Assembly (NCBI GenBank): GCA_050261575.1
Contig: JBLNDL010000014.1
Location: forward strand, 10,054-74,053
Reading direction: 5' to 3'
Length of the DNA: 64,000 nt
Origin: Sphingomonadaceae bacterium
GTDB lineage: Bacteria > Chloroflexota > UBA6077
Shown here: in pieces, positions 26,987 to 37,445 of the stretch
Numbering within the stretch: the first letter of the stretch is position 1
Layout of the letters: every line of letters begins with the position of its first letter
Translations under genes and position numbers: made by a program
The notes under the pieces: model-generated
What the model saw: only the letters and a program-made list of their open reading frames with translations
Database searches by the model: none
What the model was told of the DNA's origin: nothing

Positions 26987-28198
26987 ATGCTGGAGGGCAA
27001 AAAGATCGTCCTGGGCGTCACGGGGAGCATTGCCGCGTACAAGGCGGCGATACTCGCCAGCAGCCTGACCCAGGCCGGCGCGGAAGTAGACGTGATCATG
27101 ACCGAGTCGGCGACGAAGCTGGTGGCTCCTCTGACGTTCCAGAGCCTCACGCGCCGGCCGGTCCACGTGGATATGTTTCGGCTGCTGGAGCAGCCCGACA
27201 TCACCCACGTCTCGCTGGGTGTCGCCGCCGACCTGCTGGTGATTGCGCCCGCGACGGCGAACATCCTGGCGAAGATGGCCTGGGGGATGGCGGACGACCT
27301 CCTCTCGACTACCGTGCTGGCGGCGCGCTGCCCCATCATCGTGGCTCCGGCCATGGACGCCGAGATGTACGAGAACCCGGCCACCAAGGAGAACGTGGCG
27401 CGTTTGCGGGATCGGGGCGTGGTGGTGGTGGAGCCAGATTTCGGACGGTTGGCGTCCGGGCTGGTGGGTCGGGGCAGGCTGGCCGACCTGGAGGAGATCC
27501 TCGGAAGGATCCGCTGGGTGCTCGGCCGCGATGGCGACCTGGCCGACGTCCACCTGCTGGTGACCGCGGGTGGCACCCAGGAGCCGCTGGACCCGGTGCG
27601 GGTGCTGACCAACCGCTCCTCCGGGAAGATGGGCTACGCCATCGCCGAGGCGGCGATGGACCGCGGCGCCCGCGTGACCCTGATCTCGGCACCCACCTCG
27701 CTGAAGCCCCCCAAGGCGGCGGAGTTCGTACCCGTCACCACCGCTACGGAAATGTGCGAAGCGGTGATGGCGAAGCTGCGGCACGCCGACGTGCTGGTGA
27801 TGGCCGCCGCCGTGGCCGACTATCGGGTGGATCAGACGGCGACCCAGAAGATGAAGAGGGCGGACAAGGCCATCCAGATCACCCTGGTGCCCAATCCGGA
27901 TATCCTGATGGAGACGGCGAAGTCTCAGGATGGCGGGAAGGCTCCGATCCGAGTTGGCTTTGCGCTCGAAAGCGAGGATCTGGAGACAGCGGCCCGAGAG
28001 AAGCTATCCCGCAAGAGACTCGACCTCATCGTGGCTAACCGCGTGGATGCCGGCGGTGGTGTGTTCGGCAGCGACCGGAACGAAGTGGTGATGCTGGACC
28101 GAACCGGGAGACGGATAGACGTTCCGCTGGCCTCGAAGGTGCAAGTCGCCCATCGCATACTGGATGAGGTGGTTCAGCTACTGAAAGAGAGGGGGTAA
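26987..28198 (+). CDS. coaBC: bifunctional phosphopantothenoylcysteine decarboxylase/phosphopantothenate-cysteine ligase
   Basis: KKIVLGVTGSIAAYKA flavoprotein N-domain plus C-terminal CoaB domain; RBS AAAGGAG; leader part of track ORF 26774.. is not coding. Confidence 0.85.
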   Translation: MLEGKKIVLGVTGSIAAYKAAILASSLTQAGAEVDVIMTESATKLVAPLTFQSLTRRPVHVDMFRLLEQPDITHVSLGVAADLLVIAPATANILAKMAWGMADDLLSTTVLAARCPIIVAPAMDAEMYENPATKENVARLRDRGVVVVEPDFGRLASGLVGRGRLADLEEILGRIRWVLGRDGDLADVHLLVTAGGTQEPLDPVRVLTNRSSGKMGYAIAEAAMDRGARVTLISAPTSLKPPKAAEFVPVTTATEMCEAVMAKLRHADVLVMAAAVADYRVDQTATQKMKRADKAIQITLVPNPDILMETAKSQDGGKAPIRVGFALESEDLETAAREKLSRKRLDLIVANRVDAGGGVFGSDRNEVVMLDRTGRRIDVPLASKVQVAHRILDEVVQLLKERG

Positions 28199-28220
28199 GA
28201 AGGGGGGGGCGACGAGCGAT

Positions 28221-28275
28221 GCCCTCACCCCGTGAACGTGCCACTGGCACGTTCACGCCTCTCCCGAGGGAGAGG
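28221..28275. repeat. compound hairpin element related to family H (different first loop) plus CCTCTCCC..GGGAGAGG hairpin
   Basis: GCCCTCACCCC then CGTGAACGTGCC-ACTG-GGCACGTTCACG then CCTCTCCCGAGGGAGAGG, 12 nt upstream of the panC ATG. Confidence 0.5.
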
Positions 28276-28287
28276 GAAAATGGTGGC

Positions 28288-29124
28288 ATGAAGCAGATAT
28301 CGACGGTCGCGGAGATGCGGCGAGCGCTGGCCGGGGTGCACGGCAGCGTGGGACTGGTTCCTACGATGGGATTCCTTCACGCCGGCCACATGGCGCTGGT
28401 GGAGAGGGCGCGTGCAGAGAACGACATCGTGGTCGTGTCCATATTCGTGAACCCCACCCAGTTTGGCCCCGGAGAGGATTTCGAAAGGTATCCTCGGGAC
28501 GAGAAACGCGATCTGGCGATGCTCCGCAAGGCCGGGGTCGATTTCGTCTTCACGCCGGAGCCTTCGGAGGTCTACCCTGAGGGGTTCTCGACCTACGTCA
28601 CTGTGGAGGGCCTGTCCGAGAAGCTGGAGGGGGCCTTCCGGCCGGGGCACTTCCGTGGGGTGGCGACTGTGGTGTCGAAGCTGTTCAACATAATCCCGGC
28701 GACGAGGGCCTACTTCGGCCAGAAGGATGCCCAGCAGGTCGTGGTGATCCGGAGGATGGCGGCGGACCTCAACTTCCCTCACGAGATCGTGGTGGTGCCG
28801 ACGGTGCGGGAGCCCGACGGCCTTGCTCTGAGCAGCCGGAACGTCTACCTGAACGCCGAGGAGAGGCAGAGCGCGCTGGTGCTATCCCGGGCGCTGTTCC
28901 TCGCCAAGGAGATGCACGAGAAGGGCGAGAGGAGCGCGGTGGAGATCCGCACTGCCATGAGGGCCATGCTGGAAGCGGAGCCCGGGGTGAAGACCGACTA
29001 CGTGACTGTGTCTGATCCAGAGACGCTGGAAGAGGTGGATCGCATCGAGGGCCGGGTGCTGGTGGCCCTGGCGGCTCGGGTGGGCAAGACTCGGCTGATA
29101 GACAACCTGGTGCTGGGAGAGTGA
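28288..29124 (+). CDS. panC: pantoate--beta-alanine ligase
   Basis: LVPTMGFLHAGHMALV HIGH-type motif; ~278 aa. Confidence 0.85.
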   Translation: MKQISTVAEMRRALAGVHGSVGLVPTMGFLHAGHMALVERARAENDIVVVSIFVNPTQFGPGEDFERYPRDEKRDLAMLRKAGVDFVFTPEPSEVYPEGFSTYVTVEGLSEKLEGAFRPGHFRGVATVVSKLFNIIPATRAYFGQKDAQQVVVIRRMAADLNFPHEIVVVPTVREPDGLALSSRNVYLNAEERQSALVLSRALFLAKEMHEKGERSAVEIRTAMRAMLEAEPGVKTDYVTVSDPETLEEVDRIEGRVLVALAARVGKTRLIDNLVLGE

Positions 29125-29163
29125 AATCCGAGGAGACCGGTTGCGCAGATAGGTCACTGAGGG

Positions 29164-29736
29164 GTGTACAGAGTGGTTGACAATGACGCGGTTGAAGAGG
29201 CGGTCCGCAGCTTGCTGCTTGCCATAGGAGAGAACCCGGAGCGAGAGGGGCTGGAGGGAACCCCGCGGCGGATTGCCGAGATGTACCGGGAGGTATTCGC
29301 CGGGATGGACCAGGATCCGCGGGAGATCCTGTCCGTGGGGTTCGAAGAGGGGCACGAGGAGATGGTGGTCGTGCGGGACATCCCGTTCTTCTCGATGTGC
29401 GAGCATCACCTTCTGCCCTTTCACGGGGTTGCCCACGTCGGGTACATCCCGAAGGGGCGGGTAGTGGGGATCAGCAAGCTGGCCAGGGCAGTCGAGGTCT
29501 TCGCGCGTCGCCCCCAGGTGCAGGAGCGGCTCACCAGCCAGATCGCCGACGCCATCATGGATGTGGCCACGCCGCACGGGGTCGGCGTGGTGATGGAGGC
29601 GGAGCACCTTTGTATGACCATGAGGGGCGTCAAGAAGCCCGGAAGCAAGGTGGTGACCTCGGCTAACCGCGGGATTTTCAGGACGAGGCCCGCTACCAGG
29701 GCGGAATTCATGGCCATCGTCACGGGCCGCAAGTAG
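29164..29736 (+). CDS. folE: GTP cyclohydrolase I
   Basis: [13 protein letters not shown]...[12 protein letters not shown] conserved FolE core. Confidence 0.85.
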   Translation: MYRVVDNDAVEEAVRSLLLAIGENPEREGLEGTPRRIAEMYREVFAGMDQDPREILSVGFEEGHEEMVVVRDIPFFSMCEHHLLPFHGVAHVGYIPKGRVVGISKLARAVEVFARRPQVQERLTSQIADAIMDVATPHGVGVVMEAEHLCMTMRGVKKPGSKVVTSANRGIFRTRPATRAEFMAIVTGRK

Positions 29737-29738
29737 GG

Positions 29739-30239
29739 ATGGCCGACCGGCGAACCGCCTACCTTTCTCTGGGCTCCAACGTGGGGGACCGCCTCGCCCA
29801 CCTGCGGCAGGCGGTCGATCTGTTGTCTGCGACGCCGGGCATCTCGGTCCAGCGGGTGGCCGGGGTGTACGAGACGGAGCCGGTGGGTGTGGAGGATCAG
29901 CCCTGGTTCCTCAACACAGTCGTGGAGGTGTCCACCGAGCTGGCGCCGCGCGACCTGCTGTCGGCTGTGAAGGCTGTCGAGCGCTCCGTTGGGCGGACCC
30001 CGACCTTCCGCTGGGGTCCCCGGGAGATCGACGTCGACATCGTGCTGTACGAGGGTGTCGAGGTCTCCGACGGTGACTTGACCGTGCCCCATCCCCGCAT
30101 GCGCGAGAGGCTGTTCGTGCTGCTCCCCCTGCGCGAGCTGTGCCCATCGTGGCGGGACGCCGAGGGCGTGGGGATCGACGAGTTGATAGAGAGGGCTCGG
30201 GGTACGGCCGGACTCCGGCCGTACCCCGAGCAAGTCTAA
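29739..30239 (+). CDS. folK: 2-amino-4-hydroxy-6-hydroxymethyldihydropteridine diphosphokinase
   Basis: AYLSLGSNVGDR...WGPREIDVDIVLY HPPK motifs. Confidence 0.8.
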   Translation: MADRRTAYLSLGSNVGDRLAHLRQAVDLLSATPGISVQRVAGVYETEPVGVEDQPWFLNTVVEVSTELAPRDLLSAVKAVERSVGRTPTFRWGPREIDVDIVLYEGVEVSDGDLTVPHPRMRERLFVLLPLRELCPSWRDAEGVGIDELIERARGTAGLRPYPEQV

Positions 30240-30269
30240 AGCTGATGCGGTCCCCGAACCCTGCCGGGT

Positions 30270-30296
30270 CGCAACGCGGGCGAGCGCAGCGTTGCG
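30270..30296. repeat. intergenic hairpin repeat, family H, copy 6
   Basis: CGCAACG-CGGGCGAGCGCAG-CGTTGCG between convergent folK and the aldolase gene. Confidence 0.55.
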
Positions 30297-30311
30297 TGCC
30301 CTGGACCCGCC

Positions 30312-31076
30312 TTACGACTGGCGGGCTTTCTGGAGGAAGGAGGTGGCGCCGCTCATGATGAGGCCGGCGGCACCCACGAGGACGTAGCTGGATCCCTTGT
30401 CCACGTACTGTCTCACCTCGTCGGCGTTGCGGGCGATGTTCCCCACCTTCTTGCCCGCGGCCGTGATCTCCTTCATCGCCCTGTCCACGACAGCGACCAG
30501 ATCCGGATGGTTGTACTGGGCTGGGATGCCCATGGAGTGCGACAGGTCCGAGGTCCCGATGAAGTAGACGTCGATGCCGTCCACCGCGAGCAACTCGGGC
30601 AGGTTGTGCACGGCCTGGATGTTCTCGATGTGAGCGATGATCATGCTCTCCTGGTTGGAGATCTTCACCTGCTCGCTCAACGGGCCGGCGACGCCGTAGC
30701 CGTGGGCCCTGGTGCCGGCGAGGCCCCGCTGGCCCATGGGGTGGAACTTGACCGATCGGACCGCGGTGACTGCGTCCTGTGCCGTGTTGATCTGGGGGAT
30801 GTGGAGGCCCATCGTGCCGGTGTCGACGTATCGCAGGATGTCCTGCGGAATGTTCAGGGGGCACCGGATGATAGAAGGGATCCCAGCGGCTTCGGCGGTC
30901 CTCACTAGGTTCTCGCAGGTCTCGACGGACAGGGGACCGTGCTCGGCGTCGAGGACGACGAAGTCGAAGCCGGCGTAGGCGAAGATCTCCACGAGGATCG
31001 GGGCGTTGAAGCCCATGATCGGCCCGATCACCGGCTGGCCCGCCTGGATCTTCTCTTTGACGAGGTTTTTCTTCAT
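30312..31076 (-). CDS. HpcH/HpaI-family 2-keto-3-deoxy-acid aldolase
   Basis: 254 aa, class II aldolase TIM-barrel pattern (DxEHG, PMGQRG); RBS GGAGG before ATG. Confidence 0.7.
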   Translation of the reverse strand: MKKNLVKEKIQAGQPVIGPIMGFNAPILVEIFAYAGFDFVVLDAEHGPLSVETCENLVRTAEAAGIPSIIRCPLNIPQDILRYVDTGTMGLHIPQINTAQDAVTAVRSVKFHPMGQRGLAGTRAHGYGVAGPLSEQVKISNQESMIIAHIENIQAVHNLPELLAVDGIDVYFIGTSDLSHSMGIPAQYNHPDLVAVVDRAMKEITAAGKKVGNIARNADEVRQYVDKGSSYVLVGAAGLIMSGATSFLQKARQS

Positions 31077-31167
31077 CGAATACCTCCGCGGATTGGGTGG
31101 GGCTTGGTCAGCTGGCGCATTATAGGCCGCTGCGAGCGAGCGCCGCAAATCCTGGTAGAATCAGGCC

Positions 31168-32637
31168 ATGTACGACGACACCATTGCCGCCATTTCCACT
31201 TCGGCGGGCGAAGCGGGGATCGGGATCGTCCGAATCTCGGGTCGCGACGCCGTGCCGATCCTTCGTCGGGTCTTCCGCAAGTCCGTCAGAGGGGGCGCCA
31301 CGGACGGTGGTGGCGGCTGCCTGGGGCCAGGCACCGGGGTGACGGGGGGCGACGCCACGCGGTGCGGGGCGGGAGAAGCCGGGGGGACGGCTGGTGTCCC
31401 CTTCGAGTCCCACCGGGTCTACTACGGCCAGGCAGTCGACCCCGCCACGGGTGCCCCCATCGACGAGGTGCTGGTGTTCTGCATGCTGGCCCCACGCAGC
31501 TACACCCGAGAGGACGTGGTGGAGATCCACTGCCACGGAGGGGCCGTGCCGCTGCGGCGGGTGCTTCTGGCGGTCCTGCAGGCGGGCGCCCGGCCGGCGC
31601 AGCCCGGCGAGTTCACCCTGAGGGCCTACCTGAACGGCCGGATCGACCTGGCCCAAGCCGAGGCGGTCGTGGACGTGATCCGCTCACGGACCGAGAAGGG
31701 GCTCGCTGTGGCGGTGAAGGGTCTGAGCGGCCACCTATCCGGCCGGGTGCGAGCGATTCGCAAGGAGTTGCTGAGGTTGCTCGCCTACCTCGAGGCCACG
31801 ATCGACTTCGAGGAGGACGACGTGCCCGAAGAGGACGTGGACGGCCCGCTGGCCGAGGGGCTGGACGCAGTGAGGCGGTTGCTAGCCACCGCGGATCAGG
31901 GAATCGTATGCCGGCAGGGGATCCGGGTCGCCATCGTGGGACGGCCGAACGTTGGCAAGTCCTCCCTGTTGAATGCCCTGCTGAGGAGCGACCGAGCTAT
32001 CGTCACCGAGATAGCAGGCACCACCCGGGACACGCTGGAGGAGACCGCGAACCTCGGCGGGGTTCCGGTATGCCTCGTCGACACTGCCGGTATCGCCGAG
32101 ACGCGGGACCCGGTAGAGCGGCTGGGGATCGAGAGAAGCCGCAAGGCGATCGAAGAGGCGGATCTCTGCCTGATGGTGGTCGACCGCTCCGTCCCGCTGT
32201 TGCCCGAGGATCGGTCGATAGCCGCATCAGTGGCGTGCAAGGTGACGATCCTGGTGGCCAACAAGTCCGATCTGCCCCCCGTCGTGACCCTGGAGGGGCT
32301 GCAGTCGCTCGTGCCGGGCTCGACGGTGGTGGAGACCTCCGCCGTCGGCGGGGAGGGGCTGGAGGCGCTGGTATCGTCGATCCTGGACGTCGTGTTCTCC
32401 GGACAGGTGGTCCAGAGCGACGAGCTGCTGGTATCCAATCCTCGCCACAAGGGGGTCTTGATGCGGGTGGAGACCCACCTGCGAGACGCCCTGTCCAGCC
32501 GGCACGCCCGCCTGCCGGCCGACTGCACCGCCTCCGACCTCCGCGCGGCGGTCGATGCCCTTGGGGAGATAACGGGGGAGACCGCGACGGAGGAGCTTCT
32601 GGATACCATCTTCTCCCGTTTCTGCGTCGGCAAGTAG
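31168..32637 (+). CDS. mnmE: tRNA modification GTPase MnmE (TrmE) with a Gly-rich N-domain insertion
   Basis: G-domain GRPNVGKSSLLNAL, DTAG, NKSD; C-terminal CVGK; ~40-aa Gly-rich insert at aa ~40-80. Confidence 0.8.
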   Translation: MYDDTIAAISTSAGEAGIGIVRISGRDAVPILRRVFRKSVRGGATDGGGGCLGPGTGVTGGDATRCGAGEAGGTAGVPFESHRVYYGQAVDPATGAPIDEVLVFCMLAPRSYTREDVVEIHCHGGAVPLRRVLLAVLQAGARPAQPGEFTLRAYLNGRIDLAQAEAVVDVIRSRTEKGLAVAVKGLSGHLSGRVRAIRKELLRLLAYLEATIDFEEDDVPEEDVDGPLAEGLDAVRRLLATADQGIVCRQGIRVAIVGRPNVGKSSLLNALLRSDRAIVTEIAGTTRDTLEETANLGGVPVCLVDTAGIAETRDPVERLGIERSRKAIEEADLCLMVVDRSVPLLPEDRSIAASVACKVTILVANKSDLPPVVTLEGLQSLVPGSTVVETSAVGGEGLEALVSSILDVVFSGQVVQSDELLVSNPRHKGVLMRVETHLRDALSSRHARLPADCTASDLRAAVDALGEITGETATEELLDTIFSRFCVGK

Positions 32638-32862
32638 CCGCCGGTGGCGTCCCGACGATTGCGGAAAACCTGCCAGCGAGGGTAGACACACAGGTCTGTC
32701 TCTACTGGGTTTCCGCAACCCCGAGTTCACTACCGTCCTGATGGTCGTAGCGAGTAGTGGCATGCGCCGTGCAACCCTCGGCCGATTCCGCGGTGGCGAG
32801 GAGGCCGATCTCTCCGCTTCCGAAGGGAGAGGGCCGAGTCGCGAGAAGAGCAGCAGATCCCG

Positions 32863-33972
32863 ATGGACGTGGACGGGACGGTGCGTCGTTCGATCGGCGC
32901 GGAGGTGGACGGGATGAGGAAGGGCAGGGAGATGGCGGGGCTGCCTGTGATTGCCCTGGCTCAGGCCGAGAGAGTGGGTGTGGTTCGGGACCTGGTGGTG
33001 GATTTGGGCCGCCGCGCCGTGGTGGCGCTTCTGCTCGCGGATACCGCCCAGCAGACGCCGGACAGGGAGGTTCTCTACCAATCGGTTCGGCGGGTGGGTC
33101 CCGACGCGGTGATGATAGACGATCGATCGTCGGTGACTCCTGTGCTGGAGCGTCCGCAGGCATCGACGCTGCGGGAAGGCGCGACGAAGTTGTCGGGGCT
33201 CCAGGTCCTCACCGAGGAGGGGAGGACTGTGGGCACCGTCGCCGACGTGGTGCTGGACGAGCGCTCGGGGAGGATCGAGCAGTACGAGATCTCCGCGGGG
33301 GCCCTGCGCGACGTGGTGGCGGGGCGGCTCGTCATTCCGGCATCGGCTCCCCGTGCCGTCGGCCGGGAGTACATGATCGTGCCGGAGTCGGTGCTGCCAG
33401 ATGGGAGGCGGCGGCTTGAGGAGGGGCCTCCGCTGGTGATGGAGACTCCGCCTGGCCAGTTCGTCGAGTTGCACGCGGAGGAGATGGAGCGACTGGCGGC
33501 GGAACTGGTGATCCAGCAGGAGGATCTCGTCCTTGGGATGCGGTCCTCCAAGACGATCACGAACGAGGACGCTGGCGGGACGATCTGCTTCGAGGGAGAG
33601 CCGATCACCCAGGAGATCGTCCAGCGAGCGAGGGACGCGGGGAAGCTGAATCTGCTGGTTCAGGCGGCGGGCGAGCCTGCGGTCGCGGCGATGGCTCGGG
33701 GGCTGGCAGAGCAGTACGCCCTCGTGGCTCCGGGGCGGATGGCTGCGAGAACCGTGCGCACGAGTGGGGGGGAGGTCCTGGTCTCCCAGGGAGACGTGGT
33801 CACCGAGGAGGTGGTGAGCCGTGCCCGGGAGGCGGGGGTGCTCGACCAGTTGATGGAAGCGGTGCGGACGCCTGCCGAGGAGGCGTCGGAAGAGGAAGTC
33901 CGGAGGACCGCCGCTCGGTCGATGTGGCGCCAGCTCGGTGGCAGGCTGGCCCGTCTCAGGAGAAGAGGCTGA
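32863..33972 (+). CDS. PRC-barrel domain protein (multiple repeats)
   Basis: Repeated G..V.D.VvD...g.i..l pattern typical of PRC barrels; function unknown; start uncertain. Confidence 0.45.
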   Translation: MDVDGTVRRSIGAEVDGMRKGREMAGLPVIALAQAERVGVVRDLVVDLGRRAVVALLLADTAQQTPDREVLYQSVRRVGPDAVMIDDRSSVTPVLERPQASTLREGATKLSGLQVLTEEGRTVGTVADVVLDERSGRIEQYEISAGALRDVVAGRLVIPASAPRAVGREYMIVPESVLPDGRRRLEEGPPLVMETPPGQFVELHAEEMERLAAELVIQQEDLVLGMRSSKTITNEDAGGTICFEGEPITQEIVQRARDAGKLNLLVQAAGEPAVAAMARGLAEQYALVAPGRMAARTVRTSGGEVLVSQGDVVTEEVVSRAREAGVLDQLMEAVRTPAEEASEEEVRRTAARSMWRQLGGRLARLRRRG

Positions 33973-34282
33973 AGTCGAAGCCTCGAGTGAACTGAAGCAG
34001 GGCAGCCAGCACCAGCGCGGCCATCACGATCAGGAAGGCCAGCAGCAGGCTTCCCAGACCCGAGCCCTCGGGGTTCCGGTCGACGTCGCTCGCGTTCGTT
34101 TCGTCTCCCTCGTTCTTCTCGCCGGGATCGACGCCCGGCGATGCGGATTCCACGGACGGCTGCAAGTCTAGCACGCCTGGCTAGCGGGTGCCAGGTGGCC
34201 ACAAGGGGCGGGTGGGCATAGCGATCGGAAAGGCGAGACGTACTGCGCGTGGTGGCCGGCCGTCAGGAGGACGCGGCTGCAG

Positions 34283-36832
34283 CTATCGGCGGCGCTTGGT
34301 GAACTCGAAGCCCAGGGTGGAGGTGAGGGCCACCGCGACGGCGGCCGCCCACTGGCGGGGATCGGGCGGGCTGAACTGTGCCGCGGAGGCCAGGGGATCG
34401 AGATAGAGCACGAGGCCGAGGCCCGCCAGCGTAGCCGCCACGGCCGGCAGAAGGACTCTGTTGTCCGTCAATCCCCGCCGCCAGAAGGGATCCCTGGGTG
34501 AGCGCGCCTGCAGCACGAGGACCGTCTGGGCGATCACCAGGGTGGCGATGCCCGTGGCCCGAGCCTGATCCAGTGGCACCCCGCCTGCAAGCAGCCACAG
34601 GTAGACGGCCAGGATGCCCAGGAAGATGGCGACTCCCTCCACAGCGACACGCGCGGCAGTGTCAGCGGCAAGGAAGGGTTGGCGCGGGGCGCGGGGCGGC
34701 CGTCGCATGAGGTCTTGGTCCGGTGGCTCGGCCTCGAACACCAGGGCCGCCGTGGGGTGGACTATCAATTCCAGCCACACCAGGTGGACCGGGAGGAGTA
34801 GCAGGGGGGCCCCCGACAGCGGGATGAGCAGCGCCCCCAGCACGATCGGGAGGTGGAAGGTCATCAGGTAGACGAACCCACGCTCGAGGTTGTCGAAGAC
34901 GCGCCTGCCCTGCCGCACTGCCTCCACGATGGTGCCGAAGTTGTCGTCCAGGAGGACCATAGTGGCGGCCTCACGGGCTACCTGAGTGCCCCGCTGCCCC
35001 ATGGCTATGCCGATGTCCGCGGCTCGAAGGGCGGGGGCGTCGTTTATGCCGTCTCCCGTCATGGCCACGACCTGTCCAAGGGCCTGGAGACCGCGAACGA
35101 TTCTGAGCTTCTGGGCGGGCATCATCCTGGCGAAGATGGCGACGTTGCCCAGTGTTCGGAGCAGCGACGCGTCGTCCAGCGCCGCCACCTCCTGCCCCGT
35201 CAGGATGGCCTGGTCCTCGTGGTAGAGGCCGGCGGCCTCGGCGACGGCGTGAGCGGTAAGCGGGTGGTCTCCGGTTATCATGATCACCCGAATGCCAGCC
35301 GACTGGCATTCGCCCACCGCTTCCGGCACCCCTTCCCGAAGCGGGTCCGCGAAGCCGATGAGCCCCACCAGCCCAATGCCGGCTTCGTTCGCCCATCGCT
35401 CCTGCGCGAGCCGGTCTATCGACCTCTCCGCGACGGCGATCACCCTCATGCCGCGTCCGGTCATCTCCTCAAGGGCACGCATCACCGCCTCGCGTGTGGC
35501 CCGGGGCGGGAGCGATAGATCCAGGATCCCCTCGATGGCGCCCTTAGAGCAGAGCCGGGTCTCCCCCTCGCGGGAGCGCCAGACGTGAGTCACGTACTTG
35601 CGTGCCGGGTCGAAGGGGTAATCCCTCACCATGCCCCAGTCGCGATAGAGCGCCGGAGGGCTGATCCCGCACTGCTCCGCCAGTTCTCCGATGGCCCGGT
35701 CCAGGGGGTCGATGGGGTGGGGCTCCGATGCGAGGAGGGCGTCCTCCAGGAGCCGTCTCGCCTCGGGGGTCTCGGCAGAGCACCGGCCGAGTTGGAGCGT
35801 GTGGCCGTCGTAGAATCCCTCCACCACCAGCCGACCCTGTGTGAGGGTGCCGGTCTTGTCGGTGCAGATGACGGTGGTGCTGCCGAGCGTCTCTACACCG
35901 GCCAGCCTTCGGATGAGCGCGCGACGGCGCGCCATGCGCCACGCGCCGAGGGTGAGGTAGATTGCGTAGACGATGGAAAACTCTTCGGGGATAGCGGCGA
36001 TGGCGAGGCTCACTCCGGCGAGCAGGGCATCCACCCAGCCCGCCCCGCGAGCGACCTGGAGGGCGGCGACAGCGAGGGATGCGCCGATCGCTCCCACGCC
36101 CAGCGCCGTCACCAGACCGGCGATAGATCGCTGCAGGGGCGTGGGCTGCAGCCTCGCCTCGGCCACCAGCGTTCCGATCTCCCCGTACTCGGTGGCTGCG
36201 CCCGTCGCTGTCACGATCACCGTCGCCCTTCCGGCGAGCACGGTGGTGCCGGCGAACACCCGTGACTCCCGATCCTGGAGCCGGGGGCCGAAGAGGGGCC
36301 AGCCCGCACCTCGCTTGGAGACCGGCAGGGACTCGCCGGTCAGAGCTGACTCGTCCACCAGGAAGTTGGACTCCGACTCCACGACGCCGTCGGCGGGGAC
36401 GATCTCTCCCTCCTCCAGCAGCAGCACGTCGCCCGGCACCAGTTGATCGGCCGGCAGCGACTGCTCCCTGCCGTCCCGGCGGACGGTGGCCCTGGGTGAG
36501 GCCAATTCTCGCAGCCGCTCCAGGGTTTGCTCCGCTCTGACCTCCAGCACCACGTCCACCACGATTACGGGCACTATGGCGGCCAGCATGATGGTGCCAT
36601 CCCGTCGCTCCCCGAGGGCGAAGAAGATGGCGCCCGCGACCAGTAGGATGAGCACCATCGGGTCGGTGAATGGGCGGAGGAAGCGGCGCCAGGCGATCCC
36701 GGCTTCGCGGGGGACGAGGCGGTTGGGTCCGTAGCTGGCGAGCCGGGCCTCGGCCTCACGGGCACTGAGGCCGCGGGCGGGATCGACTCGGAGGTCGGCA
36801 AGCTCGGCCTGCGCGGGGCTGGCGCGTGCCAT
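34283..36832 (-). CDS. cation-transporting P-type ATPase (P2/P3-type, Ca2+/Mg2+-like)
   Basis: DKTGTLT phosphorylation site, TGES, MITGD, VAMTGDGINDAPAL; ~10 TM helices; N-terminal cation-ATPase domain. Confidence 0.85.
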   Translation of the reverse strand: MARASPAQAELADLRVDPARGLSAREAEARLASYGPNRLVPREAGIAWRRFLRPFTDPMVLILLVAGAIFFALGERRDGTIMLAAIVPVIVVDVVLEVRAEQTLERLRELASPRATVRRDGREQSLPADQLVPGDVLLLEEGEIVPADGVVESESNFLVDESALTGESLPVSKRGAGWPLFGPRLQDRESRVFAGTTVLAGRATVIVTATGAATEYGEIGTLVAEARLQPTPLQRSIAGLVTALGVGAIGASLAVAALQVARGAGWVDALLAGVSLAIAAIPEEFSIVYAIYLTLGAWRMARRRALIRRLAGVETLGSTTVICTDKTGTLTQGRLVVEGFYDGHTLQLGRCSAETPEARRLLEDALLASEPHPIDPLDRAIGELAEQCGISPPALYRDWGMVRDYPFDPARKYVTHVWRSREGETRLCSKGAIEGILDLSLPPRATREAVMRALEEMTGRGMRVIAVAERSIDRLAQERWANEAGIGLVGLIGFADPLREGVPEAVGECQSAGIRVIMITGDHPLTAHAVAEAAGLYHEDQAILTGQEVAALDDASLLRTLGNVAIFARMMPAQKLRIVRGLQALGQVVAMTGDGINDAPALRAADIGIAMGQRGTQVAREAATMVLLDDNFGTIVEAVRQGRRVFDNLERGFVYLMTFHLPIVLGALLIPLSGAPLLLLPVHLVWLELIVHPTAALVFEAEPPDQDLMRRPPRAPRQPFLAADTAARVAVEGVAIFLGILAVYLWLLAGGVPLDQARATGIATLVIAQTVLVLQARSPRDPFWRRGLTDNRVLLPAVAATLAGLGLVLYLDPLASAAQFSPPDPRQWAAAVAVALTSTLGFEFTKRRR

Positions 36833-36959
36833 GGGACACTCCCTGGATGACGAGGCGTTAGGGGCCCTGGAGAGGCCGAGTCGGCAAGGGGCATACCAGG
36901 AATCGCGTCCGGCGGAGGCCGGGGTTTGGTGGGGTTGACAGTGGCGCGGATCGTGCGAA

Positions 36960-36982
36960 TAATTGAGACGCAGTATCAATTA
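36960..36982. promoter_or_regulatory. inverted repeat TAATTGA-N9-TCAATTA (AT-rich metalloregulator box candidate) between the divergent P-type ATPase and fur-family genes
   Basis: Perfect 7-bp arms in an otherwise GC-rich region, immediately 5' of the predicted Fur-family start. Confidence 0.4.
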
Positions 36983-36994
36983 CGCGGAGGGACA

Positions 36995-37444
36995 GTGGAC
37001 GGCCTGGGCCTGACCGTGCCGAAGGTGTTGCGAACCCTGCAGCTTGCCGGCTACAGGGCGACCGCCGCGCGTCGCGCCGTAATCGAGGCGGTGCTGGAGA
37101 AGGAGCGCCACTTCAGCGGCGCCGAGCTGCTCGCCGAGGTGGCCGCGGCGGACCGGTCGGTGGGGCGTGCCACCGTCTTCCGGACCCTCGACGTGCTGGT
37201 GGAACTGGGGGTGCTGGGTCGGGTCCACCGCCCAGAGGGCGGCCACGGCTACGTGCTGTGCGCCCGGGATCACCATCACCACCACGCGATCTGCTCGCGT
37301 TGCGGGCTGGTGGTGACGCTGCCCGGCTGTCCGATCGACTCGGTGGCGGAGAGGGACGCCGCGGCCGCGGGTTTTCGCCTCGAGGGCCACCGCCTGGAGT
37401 ATTACGGCATCTGCCTGGCCTGCCAAGGTAAGGGGGATAGCTGA
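36995..37444 (+). CDS. Fur-family metalloregulator (Fur/Zur/Nur)
   Basis: ~150 aa; HHHHH...C..C and C..C metal sites; GTG start after GGAGGGACAG; the longer track ORF would cover the AT-rich operator. Confidence 0.7.
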   Translation: MDGLGLTVPKVLRTLQLAGYRATAARRAVIEAVLEKERHFSGAELLAEVAAADRSVGRATVFRTLDVLVELGVLGRVHRPEGGHGYVLCARDHHHHHAICSRCGLVVTLPGCPIDSVAERDAAAAGFRLEGHRLEYYGICLACQGKGDS

Positions 37445-37445
37445 C

